Assembly (NCBI GenBank): GCA_964498095.1
Contig: CAZCFY010000002.1
Location: 74,298-138,297, forward strand
DNA: 64,000 bases
Source of the DNA: an uncultured Bdellovibrionales bacterium
GTDB lineage: Bacteria > Bdellovibrionota > Bdellovibrionia > Bdellovibrionales > SG-bin7
Reading direction: 5' to 3'
Under the pieces are notes generated by a model. It saw nothing but the letters and a program-made list of their open reading frames with translations, ran no database searches and was not told where the DNA came from. Each line of letters opens with the position of its first letter. Position 1 is the first letter of the stretch. The position numbers and the translations under genes were made by a program. This document shows positions 27,682-37,421 of the stretch, one piece after another.

Positions 27682-28863
27682 ATGAATCGTCTAAGTTTTT
27701 CTAAATTGCAAGCAGCGAAGAGGTATTTTTTTGAGGTCGATTTCGCGAGAACGAAACTAACGAAATTCATTCTTAAAATTCCCCTAATTTTACTTCTCAT
27801 TGGCAACCAAGTTCTGGCCCGGGAACTTTACGAATTTTACAATGGCGTACGGCAAATGGGAATGGGCGGAGCGACGATTGCAGTGGTAAACGACGAGACA
27901 GCGCTCTTTGCTAATCCCGCGGCTCTGGGTAAACTACGCGACAGTTTTACGACAGTTGCCGATCCCGAAGTGGATTATGGCGAAATTAACTCGGAAATTG
28001 CACCGGGCACGGGAATTCTAGATGCTTTCTCCCTGCAAGGAGTTCTTGATAAACTTAATAGCGCGAAAGACAAACACTTTCACTTAAGGGCTCAGGCTTC
28101 GCCATCATTAGTTCTGTCGAACTTTGGAATCGGGATTTATGAAAAGTACTCGGTTGACGGTGAAGTCACGGCTTCGCCAAATGAGTTGCACTTGGATTTT
28201 CGTAACGATTTGGCGTTTGTCATTGGCTACTGTTTTCGTATTTGGGATGGGCGTATTAAATTTGGTTTTAATGCCAAGTACATTAGCCGCTTAGAAATCA
28301 GCGACCCCACGAATACAATTTCTCCAAGTGTTACGGATTTATCGGCCAAAGACTATGCCGTCGAAGGCGCGGGAATTTCCGCAGACGTCGGCTTAATTCT
28401 TTCGGCGCCTTGGGCTTTGCTTCCAACTCTAGCGGTGGTCGCGCACGATGTTGGCGATACGGCATTTAATGCTGGCACGGGTTTTATGTACGGCACATCG
28501 TCAACGCGGCCGCGGAAGGTTCCGCAAACAATAGATGCGGCGATCGCTTTATTTCCAATTTTGGGGCAAAGAACACGCACCACATTTACGGTTGAAGTCC
28601 GCGACGTTACAAATGTCCTCAAGGAGCACGATGGCACGTTGATTACGGACCCTTACAAAAAGTATCACGCGGGAATTGAATTTAACATCCGCGATATGTT
28701 TTTTATTCGTGGAGGAATGAATCAGCATTATTGGACCGCAGGTCTAGAGTTTGCGTATGACCGCTTTCAGTTTCAAATAGGTACGTACGGAGAAGATATA
28801 GGAACGGGAACCGCAAATAGAGAAGACCGTCGCTATTCGGCAAAATTTGCATATAGGTTTTAA
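27682..28863 (+). CDS. FadL/TodX-like outer-membrane beta-barrel, paralog 2 of 3
   Basis: GAGGAG Shine-Dalgarno upstream. N-terminal VRQMGMGGATIAVVNDETALFANPAALGKL. C-terminal NQHYWTAG...EDRRYSAKFAYRF. Confidence 0.6.
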   Translation: MNRLSFSKLQAAKRYFFEVDFARTKLTKFILKIPLILLLIGNQVLARELYEFYNGVRQMGMGGATIAVVNDETALFANPAALGKLRDSFTTVADPEVDYGEINSEIAPGTGILDAFSLQGVLDKLNSAKDKHFHLRAQASPSLVLSNFGIGIYEKYSVDGEVTASPNELHLDFRNDLAFVIGYCFRIWDGRIKFGFNAKYISRLEISDPTNTISPSVTDLSAKDYAVEGAGISADVGLILSAPWALLPTLAVVAHDVGDTAFNAGTGFMYGTSSTRPRKVPQTIDAAIALFPILGQRTRTTFTVEVRDVTNVLKEHDGTLITDPYKKYHAGIEFNIRDMFFIRGGMNQHYWTAGLEFAYDRFQFQIGTYGEDIGTGTANREDRRYSAKFAYRF

Positions 28864-28869
28864 CAGAGA

Positions 28870-29712
28870 ATGTTGAAAAAGTTAGTTTGGCGAACAACAA
28901 TTATATTTTCCGTCGTCGTGGTGTGTACCGCGTGCAAGAATCTTTTTATCGGATTTACGGATTATAATACCGATGAAGCGAAGTACTCTCAGGCAATAAC
29001 TTATTTAAATGCGCTCGAATACGACAAGGCTATCGCCGAGATTCAAAAGACTTCGGCGACGTTTCAGGCGCGGCGGCAAACCCGGTATATTATGGCTTCG
29101 GCCTATGCGGGAAAGTGCGGACTTAATACTGTGGGCATGATTGAGTCTTTCGACAACATTGGCAGCATGCGCTTATTTCCATTTTTGGTGGGGCAATTTA
29201 TCGCCAAGGGCGTAGACCATCAGACTGCGTGTCAGCAAGCCGAAATGCAATTGCGCTTGGTTTCCGAAGATCCCGACGTGCGCACTCCGAGCGAAAACTT
29301 AATGATGGTTCTCATCGCGTTTGCTAAGACGGGAGTGATTTTAAATAAGTCCGTAGATACTAATGATGATGGCGCTATGGACGGAGGATATCTGCCGGGT
29401 GATCATTGTGTTGATCCAACCATGGTAAGCAATTCAGACGTCAATCAACTCATAACGGCCATCACGCAAATCATTCATAGTTTGCCAAAGGTAGGAACGT
29501 CCTTTGGCAGCGCCGAGCTTGGAACATTAACAAGTGCTTGCGATGCCATGGAAGCCGTAAATCCCATTTATAATTTTTGTAATGTATTAACCGCCAGCGA
29601 TGCCACGGACGAACACCGCCAGGCATTTCGGGCCGTTTTAGGATCTAATACTGGAGTTGGATTAGGAAACTGTAACGGAGGCTTAGACGTATGCGAATGC
29701 TTTCCACCATAA
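28870..29712 (+). CDS. lipoprotein L2, Cys-rich, paralog of L1
   Basis: Lipobox VCTAC. Helical-looking N-terminal half (AITYLNALEYDKAIAEIQK). About 10 further Cys. Sits between barrel paralogs 2 and 3, and its end overlaps the start of paralog 3 by 22 nt. Confidence 0.6.
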   Translation: MLKKLVWRTTIIFSVVVVCTACKNLFIGFTDYNTDEAKYSQAITYLNALEYDKAIAEIQKTSATFQARRQTRYIMASAYAGKCGLNTVGMIESFDNIGSMRLFPFLVGQFIAKGVDHQTACQQAEMQLRLVSEDPDVRTPSENLMMVLIAFAKTGVILNKSVDTNDDGAMDGGYLPGDHCVDPTMVSNSDVNQLITAITQIIHSLPKVGTSFGSAELGTLTSACDAMEAVNPIYNFCNVLTASDATDEHRQAFRAVLGSNTGVGLGNCNGGLDVCECFPP

Positions 29713-30836
29713 TTTTTGTAATTTTGTTGGGTGCAAACTCTTGGAGTCAAAGACTGCAAGAAAATTATATTTCGGCGCGCGCCGCGGGTATGGGAAATGC
29801 CTTTAGTGCGGTCGTCGACAATATTGATTCCATTTTTTATAATCCGGCCTCATTGGTTAAGTCGTCGGGATTTCATTGGACCATTGCCGATATCAATATT
29901 GGTGTTGGTAATCCCGAGGCCTTGATGTTGCTAGGAAATTTGAGTGGAGACTTTCAAAACACAATTAACCAATTACAGGATAAGACGTTTAGTAGTAATG
30001 CCTACGCAAAGACCGCCGTGCAACTGGGAACTTTTGCATTTTATGTTTATGAAAATATGAATTTGGGGGTAGCGACATCTAATCCCGTGAGTCCGCAGTT
30101 TGATATCGACTATATCAACGACATTTCTTATGGAATGTCTTTTGCTTTTCCGCTTATTCCCAGCATCATGGCGATGGGAATTACAACTAAATTTATCCGC
30201 CGCAATGGTAACCGTTTTACGGTGTTGGCTAATGATTTGGCCTCGCAGAATCAAGATTATTTAAGGGGTCTTTGGGATCTTAACGGAACGGGTTATGGCT
30301 TTGATACGGGATTTTTATTTAAGATACCTGGTCCCGTGAGTCCCACATTGTCTTTAGCATGGAAAAATATTGGTGGATCGACTTTTAAGCCGACGACAGG
30401 TAGTCCGGGTACACCACCGTCGGAGGCCGACGAAGTAACAGCCGGCTTTGCACTAAATATTGGTTTGCCGCTGTTGTCGATATCTCCAGCAATAGAGGTA
30501 AAACATGCGGGCGACCCCACTATCCCGTTTGGTAAAAAACTGCATCTAGGTTTCGAGATTAGTTTACTTAATTTAGATATTCGTGGCGGCGTCAATCAAG
30601 GTTACTGGACAGCCGGTTTAGGTTTGGGCTTGGGCTTTTTGGATTTGGATTTGGCAACTTACGGAGTGGAAACCGGTGCAACTGTTGGGCAAAACGAGGA
30701 CCGCCGCTATATGTTGCAGCTAACAATGGGACTGGGCATGGATTTTGGCGGCGGCGATGGCGGAGGGAGTGGCGGCTTTAGTGGGGACAGGGAAAATAAA
30801 GTCCGCGCGCAACGACGCTTGAAAAAACGCCGTTAA
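29691..30836 (+). CDS. FadL/TodX-like outer-membrane beta-barrel, paralog 3 of 3, with a Gly-rich/polybasic C-terminal tail
   Basis: N-terminal ISARAAGMGNAFSAVVDNIDSIFYNPASLVK. C-terminal NQGYWTAG...EDRRYMLQLTMGLGMDF, followed by an extra GGGDGGGSGGFSGDRENKVRAQRRLKKRR. Confidence 0.6.
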   Translation: MRMLSTIIFVILLGANSWSQRLQENYISARAAGMGNAFSAVVDNIDSIFYNPASLVKSSGFHWTIADINIGVGNPEALMLLGNLSGDFQNTINQLQDKTFSSNAYAKTAVQLGTFAFYVYENMNLGVATSNPVSPQFDIDYINDISYGMSFAFPLIPSIMAMGITTKFIRRNGNRFTVLANDLASQNQDYLRGLWDLNGTGYGFDTGFLFKIPGPVSPTLSLAWKNIGGSTFKPTTGSPGTPPSEADEVTAGFALNIGLPLLSISPAIEVKHAGDPTIPFGKKLHLGFEISLLNLDIRGGVNQGYWTAGLGLGLGFLDLDLATYGVETGATVGQNEDRRYMLQLTMGLGMDFGGGDGGGSGGFSGDRENKVRAQRRLKKRR

Positions 30837-30856
30837 AATAGCAATCTGCTCTGGCC

Positions 30857-33523
30857 GTGGAAATTATTCCTATTTCGTCGCCAGACGCCAAAGAAAAACT
30901 TTTTTCTGAATTTGATCCACGAACTACGATCTGGGTGGTACCCGATCTCGTTTCGCGGTCGGCACTCCAAGAAAAATTGCTGCAGAAATTTGACGTTGTC
31001 GAAAACAATGCATGTTTGCGCATAAGTGATTTGTGGCGGCAGCTCTTTTTTCGCGTGCGTCCCGATTTTAGGGTGGTGTCTCCGGCTTATGCCAAAGCTC
31101 TCGTGCGAGAATGGCTAAAGACCAGCGAATTTGAATGGGCGCGTACTCCCGGGGCTAGCGAAAATATTGTCCATTACCTCAATGAACTCATACCGCTCAT
31201 AAGCCATCCCGAGAGCGAAACGCTAATGCCGCAATGGTTTCAAGAAAATCAGGGGGCTTTTGTGCGCTGGGGGCTTTGGTACGTCGAAGCCGTACGGTTG
31301 TGGAAAAGATTTTACGCGGAAAAAATCGTGGCCCGCAATTGGATTAGCGGCTTTTTAGTCAACGAACCGGGATTTGAAAAACAATTAAGCCGGCCGTTAA
31401 TTTTTGATTTGGGCGTGGAAATCTTAGCTCCTGAACTTGAGCTCATGCGGCAGATGTCTCGTTTTGTTGAAGTAAAAATATTAGTGCCCTCTCCCGAATG
31501 GGCGGGCGAATATCCAGCGCTGACGAATCTAATCCCCTGTGAGGAAGTTAAGCGTTGGCAAGGCGGAAAAACAGACTTTCGGCATTTTGCCAGTTCGTTG
31601 GGAGAAATCAAAGATTCGGTTGCTACTGTTAGGCAGTGGATCGAAGAGGGAGTAGAGCCCGAAAAAATCGCGATAGTTGCCCCCAACCGCAAGCGGGTGT
31701 GGTCGACTTTAGTAGAATTTTTGCGCTTTGAGGGCATTCGTGTTCAGGAAAATGAACCGGACCCCGTGAGTGCTTATGGCAGAATTGGCCAATTAATTTC
31801 GCGCTTGCAGAATAATTTTGGCCACATTGAATCCAGCCACATTGAATTGGATCTATTTCATTCTTCGGAAGTTGAGAGAAAATTAATTAATCACGAAGAA
31901 TTTTACCGGCTATTTAATAATATCTACAGCGACCGCGATTTGCGTCGTCATGCCGAGATAAAAAGGGAATATGAAGCGCGTGCCGAGATATCCCAAGCTT
32001 GGAATACCAATGAATTTATCAATAAGGTTAGTGCGCAGTGGAATGACGATTGGCCGCACGAAACTTTAGAAAAGCTGTTAAATGAAGTCGTTAAGGACAG
32101 TCATCCGGGAATTCCGTTAGAGCCGCGAAATTGGTTATCCTATTTTGGGGAGCTTGCCGGAACCGTAGATTTAAACTCTAGCCAAGGTAACGTCTCCGGG
32201 GTCCGCGTTGAAAATTATTTTAGCGCAGATCATCTAAATATCTCGCATCTTTATTTTTTAAATGCGACGGAAGCGGAATTTAAAAAGAATAGACGAACGA
32301 GTATTTTGGACGAGGACTTAAAGAGTTTAAGCCGCGCTCTGGGGTTTAATTTGACAGTGAATGCCCCCGATATTCCCGAATTTATTGCCAAGTGGCTACT
32401 CTCTAGAAATTTTAAAGCCAGTGTTCTTAGTTTCGCGGACTCCGATTTTTCGGGCCGGGAAGAGACGCCGGCGTTTTTCTGGTTGCAAGGATGTCTTGCT
32501 CGCGGCCAGGAGACAAAAATTCTCGTCCCAGGTATGACCGTTTGGGATCAAAAGCAGGAAAGCTTGGCGAAAAATCCCGAAAGTACAGAGGTAGGAAAAC
32601 GCGTACGCGCCGAATTTGAAAAGCCCGCGACTTCGATAGGGCCATGGCATAAGCCGTTAAAAATTTCGGCGACCAGCCTGGCAAATTATAACCGCTGCCC
32701 TTATGTGTATTACGCCGAAAATCTATTGGGAATGAAGGTGAGTGAACCGTTAGATCTGGATCTTGGCTATATGGATTTGGGGCAGTTACTGCACTTTCTG
32801 ACCGAAAAAATAATTTCCGAAAACAGGGGCTTTGATTTAAGCGAAAGTGAAATCAGCAAAATTATTGATTCCTGGGCGCGGGAAAGCGCCGTTCCACTTG
32901 TGGACTCGGACCTTTGGCAACATCAGAAAGTGCGGCTATACCCTTACGTTAAAAAGTTTTTAGAAACGGAAAGCGAATGGCGCCGCAGGTTTCCGCAAAC
33001 AAAAACCGCCGCCGTGGAGCTTGAAATAAAGGGCGAGATCAATACGCCCTTGGGAGTTGTAAAGATCACGGGCCGTATCGACCGGGTTGATCATGATGGT
33101 GAGGGGAGATATTTGGTAATTGACTACAAGCGCTCGGACTCAAATTTATCGGCGCTTAAATCTTGGCTGAAAAATCAACTTTACCAGCCTTTACTTTATA
33201 CTCTGGCAATAGAAAAGGGCTGGACACGATTGGGCCGGCAAAAAGTCGTTGGTGGACAGTTTTATGTGTTACGTGACGGCGACCGTACCCGGGCCTTCTT
33301 TGTTAAAGAAGAAAGCGGCACGTTGTTTGACTCTGATAGTAGGGAAAGAAATAAAATTTCCAATGCCGAAAAGGAGGAGTTAATCGGGGAACTAGAGAAA
33401 GTGATCTCTGACTCCGTTACCCGCGTACTCGGCGGCGAGTTTTTACCTAAGCCAGTTGATGAAGAACAAACATGTAACGATTGTCGTTGGAGATATTCAT
33501 GCCGGGCCCGTCACTTAATGTAA
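30857..33523 (+). CDS. addB: AddB-like helicase-nuclease subunit (PD-(D/E)XK nuclease with Fe-S cysteines, no Walker A)
   Basis: GTG start. C-terminal RecB/Cas4-type nuclease GRIDRVD...YLVIDYKRS...QPLLYTLA, flanked by Cys residues (NRCPYVYY ... CNDCRWRYSC). Immediately upstream of, and overlapping, the AddA-like gene. Confidence 0.7.
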   Translation: MEIIPISSPDAKEKLFSEFDPRTTIWVVPDLVSRSALQEKLLQKFDVVENNACLRISDLWRQLFFRVRPDFRVVSPAYAKALVREWLKTSEFEWARTPGASENIVHYLNELIPLISHPESETLMPQWFQENQGAFVRWGLWYVEAVRLWKRFYAEKIVARNWISGFLVNEPGFEKQLSRPLIFDLGVEILAPELELMRQMSRFVEVKILVPSPEWAGEYPALTNLIPCEEVKRWQGGKTDFRHFASSLGEIKDSVATVRQWIEEGVEPEKIAIVAPNRKRVWSTLVEFLRFEGIRVQENEPDPVSAYGRIGQLISRLQNNFGHIESSHIELDLFHSSEVERKLINHEEFYRLFNNIYSDRDLRRHAEIKREYEARAEISQAWNTNEFINKVSAQWNDDWPHETLEKLLNEVVKDSHPGIPLEPRNWLSYFGELAGTVDLNSSQGNVSGVRVENYFSADHLNISHLYFLNATEAEFKKNRRTSILDEDLKSLSRALGFNLTVNAPDIPEFIAKWLLSRNFKASVLSFADSDFSGREETPAFFWLQGCLARGQETKILVPGMTVWDQKQESLAKNPESTEVGKRVRAEFEKPATSIGPWHKPLKISATSLANYNRCPYVYYAENLLGMKVSEPLDLDLGYMDLGQLLHFLTEKIISENRGFDLSESEISKIIDSWARESAVPLVDSDLWQHQKVRLYPYVKKFLETESEWRRRFPQTKTAAVELEIKGEINTPLGVVKITGRIDRVDHDGEGRYLVIDYKRSDSNLSALKSWLKNQLYQPLLYTLAIEKGWTRLGRQKVVGGQFYVLRDGDRTRAFFVKEESGTLFDSDSRERNKISNAEKEELIGELEKVISDSVTRVLGGEFLPKPVDEEQTCNDCRWRYSCRARHLM

Positions 33524-36516
33524 ATACGATCGTGCGTGCTGGCGCCGGCGCCGGAAAAACCACGCGTTTAATTAAAACGATTTTCGACTTTTGTGCTGAG
33601 TTCAAAGAGAAAAACAGCCGTTTTCCGCGCCTAATAGTATGTACGTTTACCCGCAAAGCCACCAAAGAGCTACGTGAGCGCCTAATGCAGAAAGCCTTAT
33701 TGTCGGGCGACTGGGACTTCGTTCGCTTCGTGGCCTCCAATCAACTGCATATCTCCACAATTCACGGGGTATTACTTAAATATTTAAGTCATTTCGGCTA
33801 CCGGCTTGGCTTGGACCCGCGCTTTCGCTTTGTCGATGGTGCGCAAGTAATGCATACGGCGAAGGACATCGTTCGGTCGGTATTAAATTCCGAAAGTCTT
33901 ACCCCTGACCAGCGGGCGCATATCCTGGAAACATTTGAAATCAAAGGTCTCGCTGAATTAGCGATAAAGTCTTTTGAGTTTTCTGGTTTATTCCCACACT
34001 TAAAAATGCATGGCGAGGAAAGCTTAAAGAACCTACTCAGTGAAGAAATTATAAGTGTGATAGCGGAGCTCTCCCGATTACGAGAAGGTCTCGAGAAATA
34101 TGTTGGCGAAAGGCCCATCATAGGTGAAGTTTCGCAGTGGCTGAATAAGCAGACGAAAGTTTTAAAAAATTACGCTGATGAGCAAATTAAGCTTCAGGAT
34201 GTGCTTACATCTCTGGCCACGCTTCCTAAGTTTCAGATTAGCGCAAAAAAGCCATTTCCATCCGATGATTTGCTCGGCAAAGTTCGCGAGGTGATTAAAG
34301 AAATCCGTGCCAGTTGGGACACACCCGCCTATGACTTTCAAAGTTTTTACCAGGTTGGCCAAACTTTATCCGCTGCCGAAGAGTGCATAAAGCTTTTTCG
34401 TGAAAAATTTCTGGCCCATAAATTAAATACCGGCGAACTTGAAATATCCGACCTGGAGGTGCTTTCCATGGAATTGCTGAGAAAGCATCCCGAGACGATG
34501 GGTTTATTTTCCTTGGATTGGGATTTCTGGATGATAGATGAATATCAAGACACGAGTCCCATTCAGGTGGAACTAATAAATAAGTTAAAAGGTAAGAGTG
34601 CGAGCTTTGTAGTGGGCGATCCGCAACAAAGTATATATTTATTTCGCGGGGCCCGCAGCGAGGTTTTTATCGCTGGCGAAAAAGCGGTTAGGGATAGTAA
34701 TGGCCTTCATGATGTTTTGGATGTAAATCACCGTTCGCGCCCGGAGCTTGTTGCGTTCTTCAACGAAGTTTTTGTGCGCGATGGGAACAAGTTTTTTACC
34801 GCTAAAGCGAGTAAGCCCGCCGGGGCGGCAAAGCTAGCCGACGTTAGGCTATTGATGAGTGATAGAGATGAGAGCGGATATATTCCCCTCATTGCAGAAG
34901 TAAATTTGCTAGTTGAAAGTGGTATTGCACCTGAAAACATTGCGATTTTGGCGCGGCAGAAAAAAAGCCTAAAGCAGGCGGCGAAAGCGTTAATGGATGC
35001 TAAAATTCCGTGCCTTATGCATTCGGCAGGAGCTTTCTATGAACGCCGTGAAATTTTGGACGCTCTGTCCTTATTGCGGTTTCTTTTGAATCCGCACGAC
35101 AATACCAATTTTATCGATTTAATTCGTTCTCCTTGGTTTAAGGTTGAAGATCTAAAGATTTTAGAAAGTCTCGCTAATAAAAAATGTTTTTCATTTTGGT
35201 CGGAAGTAATGAGTCAGCCCCTGTTTGAACCACTTAATAAGCTTTTACTTGAGCGTGATCGCTTTTCGATCACTGAAGTCTTTCGCCGCGCACTCATAGA
35301 CAATGGCTTTTTTGATTTTTCTCACTATCTAGATTTGTCGGGCCGAAGGGAGGCCAATCTTTGGAAGCTCGTAAATGATTTGGAACAAGCGGCCCGGCAG
35401 CCTGGCTTTAATTTTTTAAATTTTGCGCAACAAAAATTAAGAGAATTAAATTTGGATTATTCCGAAGATGAAGACGCTACGGCGGCAAAGCAGGGAAACC
35501 GTGTAAATCTTATGACAGTCCACCAGTCCAAAGGTTTACAGTTCGAACACGTGATCGTGTTAGATATCGACAAGGCGATTAAATCGGGCGGCCACCGCGG
35601 CCGCATGGGTTCCTTCGATGAAGAGAAGGGGTTTGTAAGTTTTCCCATATATAATAGATCGACTGCGAAAAACGAGCGGACATTAGGCGACATTACTTGT
35701 CAGAACGCGATGCGGGTCCGCGAGCTTGAAGAATCGGCGCGAGTATTTTATGTCGCGGTCACGCGTGCGATCAATGGCTTAACGATAATTGGCGGTCTAG
35801 AACCTAAGGAAGATTCCTGGCAGCGACTCATTCCATTTAATTTTGAGTCCGGAGAACACTCTGGTAATGGGTACTGCTACGTGGTGGAATACGGTCCATG
35901 GACGAAAAGTGATTTTAAAGTCCCGAGCGCGGAAATAGTCAAAAACATTTCGCCAGTGACTTTGCCAGAAACCTCTATGTTCGAAAAAATATCAGTCACC
36001 AACCTCGTTAAAGGATCAAGACAAAATAAAGAAAGACCGAAAGTACTTCTTAAATCACTGCAAAATTCAATTCAGACCTCGCGGCGTGGAGTGTTAATGC
36101 ACCAGTTGCTAGAGTCCGTGAAATATCAGGGGATTGATGCGGGACTAACGATGGCGGAGAGTTATTTTCCTGAAACCCCAAACGAAGCGCGTGCGGCGCT
36201 AAACTGGGTTTTTGAACTTAAGGATCCGGACATGAAGCAGATTCTTGAAACTGGATTTGCCGAATGGGGATTTCAATTTCGGCACGGTTCTCAGATTATA
36301 GACGGGCAAATAGATTTGTGGGGCAGGGCCAACGCCAAGGTTTGGATATTAGATTATAAAACCGGATCCTCTGTTTATGCCGATCGCGCATTTTCGCAAT
36401 TGACGTGGTATGCAAAGGCGCTTCGCGCGTATGGAATAACGGACAAAATTCAAATGGCCGTTATGTACCCCTTTGAAAAAAGTTTTGTGACTCAAACTTA
36501 TACGGAAAATTTCTAA
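33499..36516 (+). CDS. addA: AddA-like UvrD/Rep-family helicase with a C-terminal nuclease domain
   Basis: Walker A AGAGAGKTT, motif II MIDEYQDTSP, HQSKGLQFEHVIV, YVAVTRA, and C-terminal nuclease IDLWGRANAKVWILDYKTG. Start at ATG 33499 overlaps addB by 25 nt. Confidence 0.85.
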   Translation: MPGPSLNVNTIVRAGAGAGKTTRLIKTIFDFCAEFKEKNSRFPRLIVCTFTRKATKELRERLMQKALLSGDWDFVRFVASNQLHISTIHGVLLKYLSHFGYRLGLDPRFRFVDGAQVMHTAKDIVRSVLNSESLTPDQRAHILETFEIKGLAELAIKSFEFSGLFPHLKMHGEESLKNLLSEEIISVIAELSRLREGLEKYVGERPIIGEVSQWLNKQTKVLKNYADEQIKLQDVLTSLATLPKFQISAKKPFPSDDLLGKVREVIKEIRASWDTPAYDFQSFYQVGQTLSAAEECIKLFREKFLAHKLNTGELEISDLEVLSMELLRKHPETMGLFSLDWDFWMIDEYQDTSPIQVELINKLKGKSASFVVGDPQQSIYLFRGARSEVFIAGEKAVRDSNGLHDVLDVNHRSRPELVAFFNEVFVRDGNKFFTAKASKPAGAAKLADVRLLMSDRDESGYIPLIAEVNLLVESGIAPENIAILARQKKSLKQAAKALMDAKIPCLMHSAGAFYERREILDALSLLRFLLNPHDNTNFIDLIRSPWFKVEDLKILESLANKKCFSFWSEVMSQPLFEPLNKLLLERDRFSITEVFRRALIDNGFFDFSHYLDLSGRREANLWKLVNDLEQAARQPGFNFLNFAQQKLRELNLDYSEDEDATAAKQGNRVNLMTVHQSKGLQFEHVIVLDIDKAIKSGGHRGRMGSFDEEKGFVSFPIYNRSTAKNERTLGDITCQNAMRVRELEESARVFYVAVTRAINGLTIIGGLEPKEDSWQRLIPFNFESGEHSGNGYCYVVEYGPWTKSDFKVPSAEIVKNISPVTLPETSMFEKISVTNLVKGSRQNKERPKVLLKSLQNSIQTSRRGVLMHQLLESVKYQGIDAGLTMAESYFPETPNEARAALNWVFELKDPDMKQILETGFAEWGFQFRHGSQIIDGQIDLWGRANAKVWILDYKTGSSVYADRAFSQLTWYAKALRAYGITDKIQMAVMYPFEKSFVTQTYTENF

Positions 36517-36704
36517 ATAAATAAGAATTACTTGTACCGATTTGAGGCGCTTAACTTGGCGAACTCCTATACGCTGTCTAAAAAGTTTTTTGCCGCAAGT
36601 TCTATACGCGGTCCATCAAGGTATTATCTTTGCACAACTTTATGCCGATAGGACTAACAGCCAGGGATAGGCAGAGTTTCAATTTGAGACCGGGAAATTG
36701 GGGA

Positions 36705-37421
36705 ATGAAGTTGGCTTTCAAAATATCTTTGGTAACGATTGTATTGCTTGGAATAACTACCTTTTATTCCAACTGCACTCCCCAACACATGGTAGGGGCG
36801 CCGCTCTCAAGTATCAACACCGCCGAAATACTTCAAAGCTTACAAAATCAATCCACAACGATTTTAAGTCAGCGATGTGCTTCTTGCCACAACGACAATT
36901 CGACCAATTCCAGCCTTAAAGATATTTTGGATACGCAGTATTTGATTACGGCCGGTTATATTGATCCCGGTTCGCCACAAACATCTCTTCTCTATATGAA
37001 CGTCGTCGATAAAATTATGCCTCAAGGCGGTCCCGAACTCTCCGTCGAAGATATTGCGGTGTTACGCGACTGGATTGCGGCGCTCGGTGGAAATTTTGAT
37101 ACATTTATTGGTGCTGTTGATGGGCCAACCACTGGCAATACAAATGTTATAGGTACGTTTTTGCAAGTAAACGCAATTTTACAACAGCGCTGTGTTGCTT
37201 GTCATAACGGGCAACGCCGGCCAAATTTAAATTTACCTTATGCCCAACTAATTGCCGAAACAACAGCTGCGGGTCTTCCCTTAATCTCTCCTGGAGAGCA
37301 ATCGAATTCTCGTCTTTATCTCTCTGTGGCCAACAATTCAATGCCACAGGGAAGTCCGCTCACAAATACGCAAAAAGAAATCATCCGCACTTGGGTTGCG
37401 GCAGGAGCTCGTAATGACTAA
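36705..37421 (+). CDS. operon gene A: lipoprotein with two planctomycete-type cytochrome-c-like (PSCyt1-like) CXXCH modules
   Basis: Start at ATG 36705 (MKLAFK). Signal ending FYSNC. Two modules of the form C-x-x-C-H ... S-x-L-Y ... M-P-Q-G ... W-I/V-A-A-G (CASCH at 36876-36890, CVACH at 37191-37205). Confidence 0.65.
   Translation: MKLAFKISLVTIVLLGITTFYSNCTPQHMVGAPLSSINTAEILQSLQNQSTTILSQRCASCHNDNSTNSSLKDILDTQYLITAGYIDPGSPQTSLLYMNVVDKIMPQGGPELSVEDIAVLRDWIAALGGNFDTFIGAVDGPTTGNTNVIGTFLQVNAILQQRCVACHNGQRRPNLNLPYAQLIAETTAAGLPLISPGEQSNSRLYLSVANNSMPQGSPLTNTQKEIIRTWVAAGARND

Noticed and set aside
30857-36516. UvrD-helicase plus PD-(D/E)XK-nuclease pair as an anti-phage defence system (Gabija-like or other)
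   Set aside because: The sizes (888 and 1011 aa), the Fe-S Cys pattern of the B subunit, the nuclease fused to the helicase C-terminus and the overlapping gene arrangement all fit the housekeeping AddAB recombination enzyme. There is no ATPase/TOPRIM partner or other defence hallmark.
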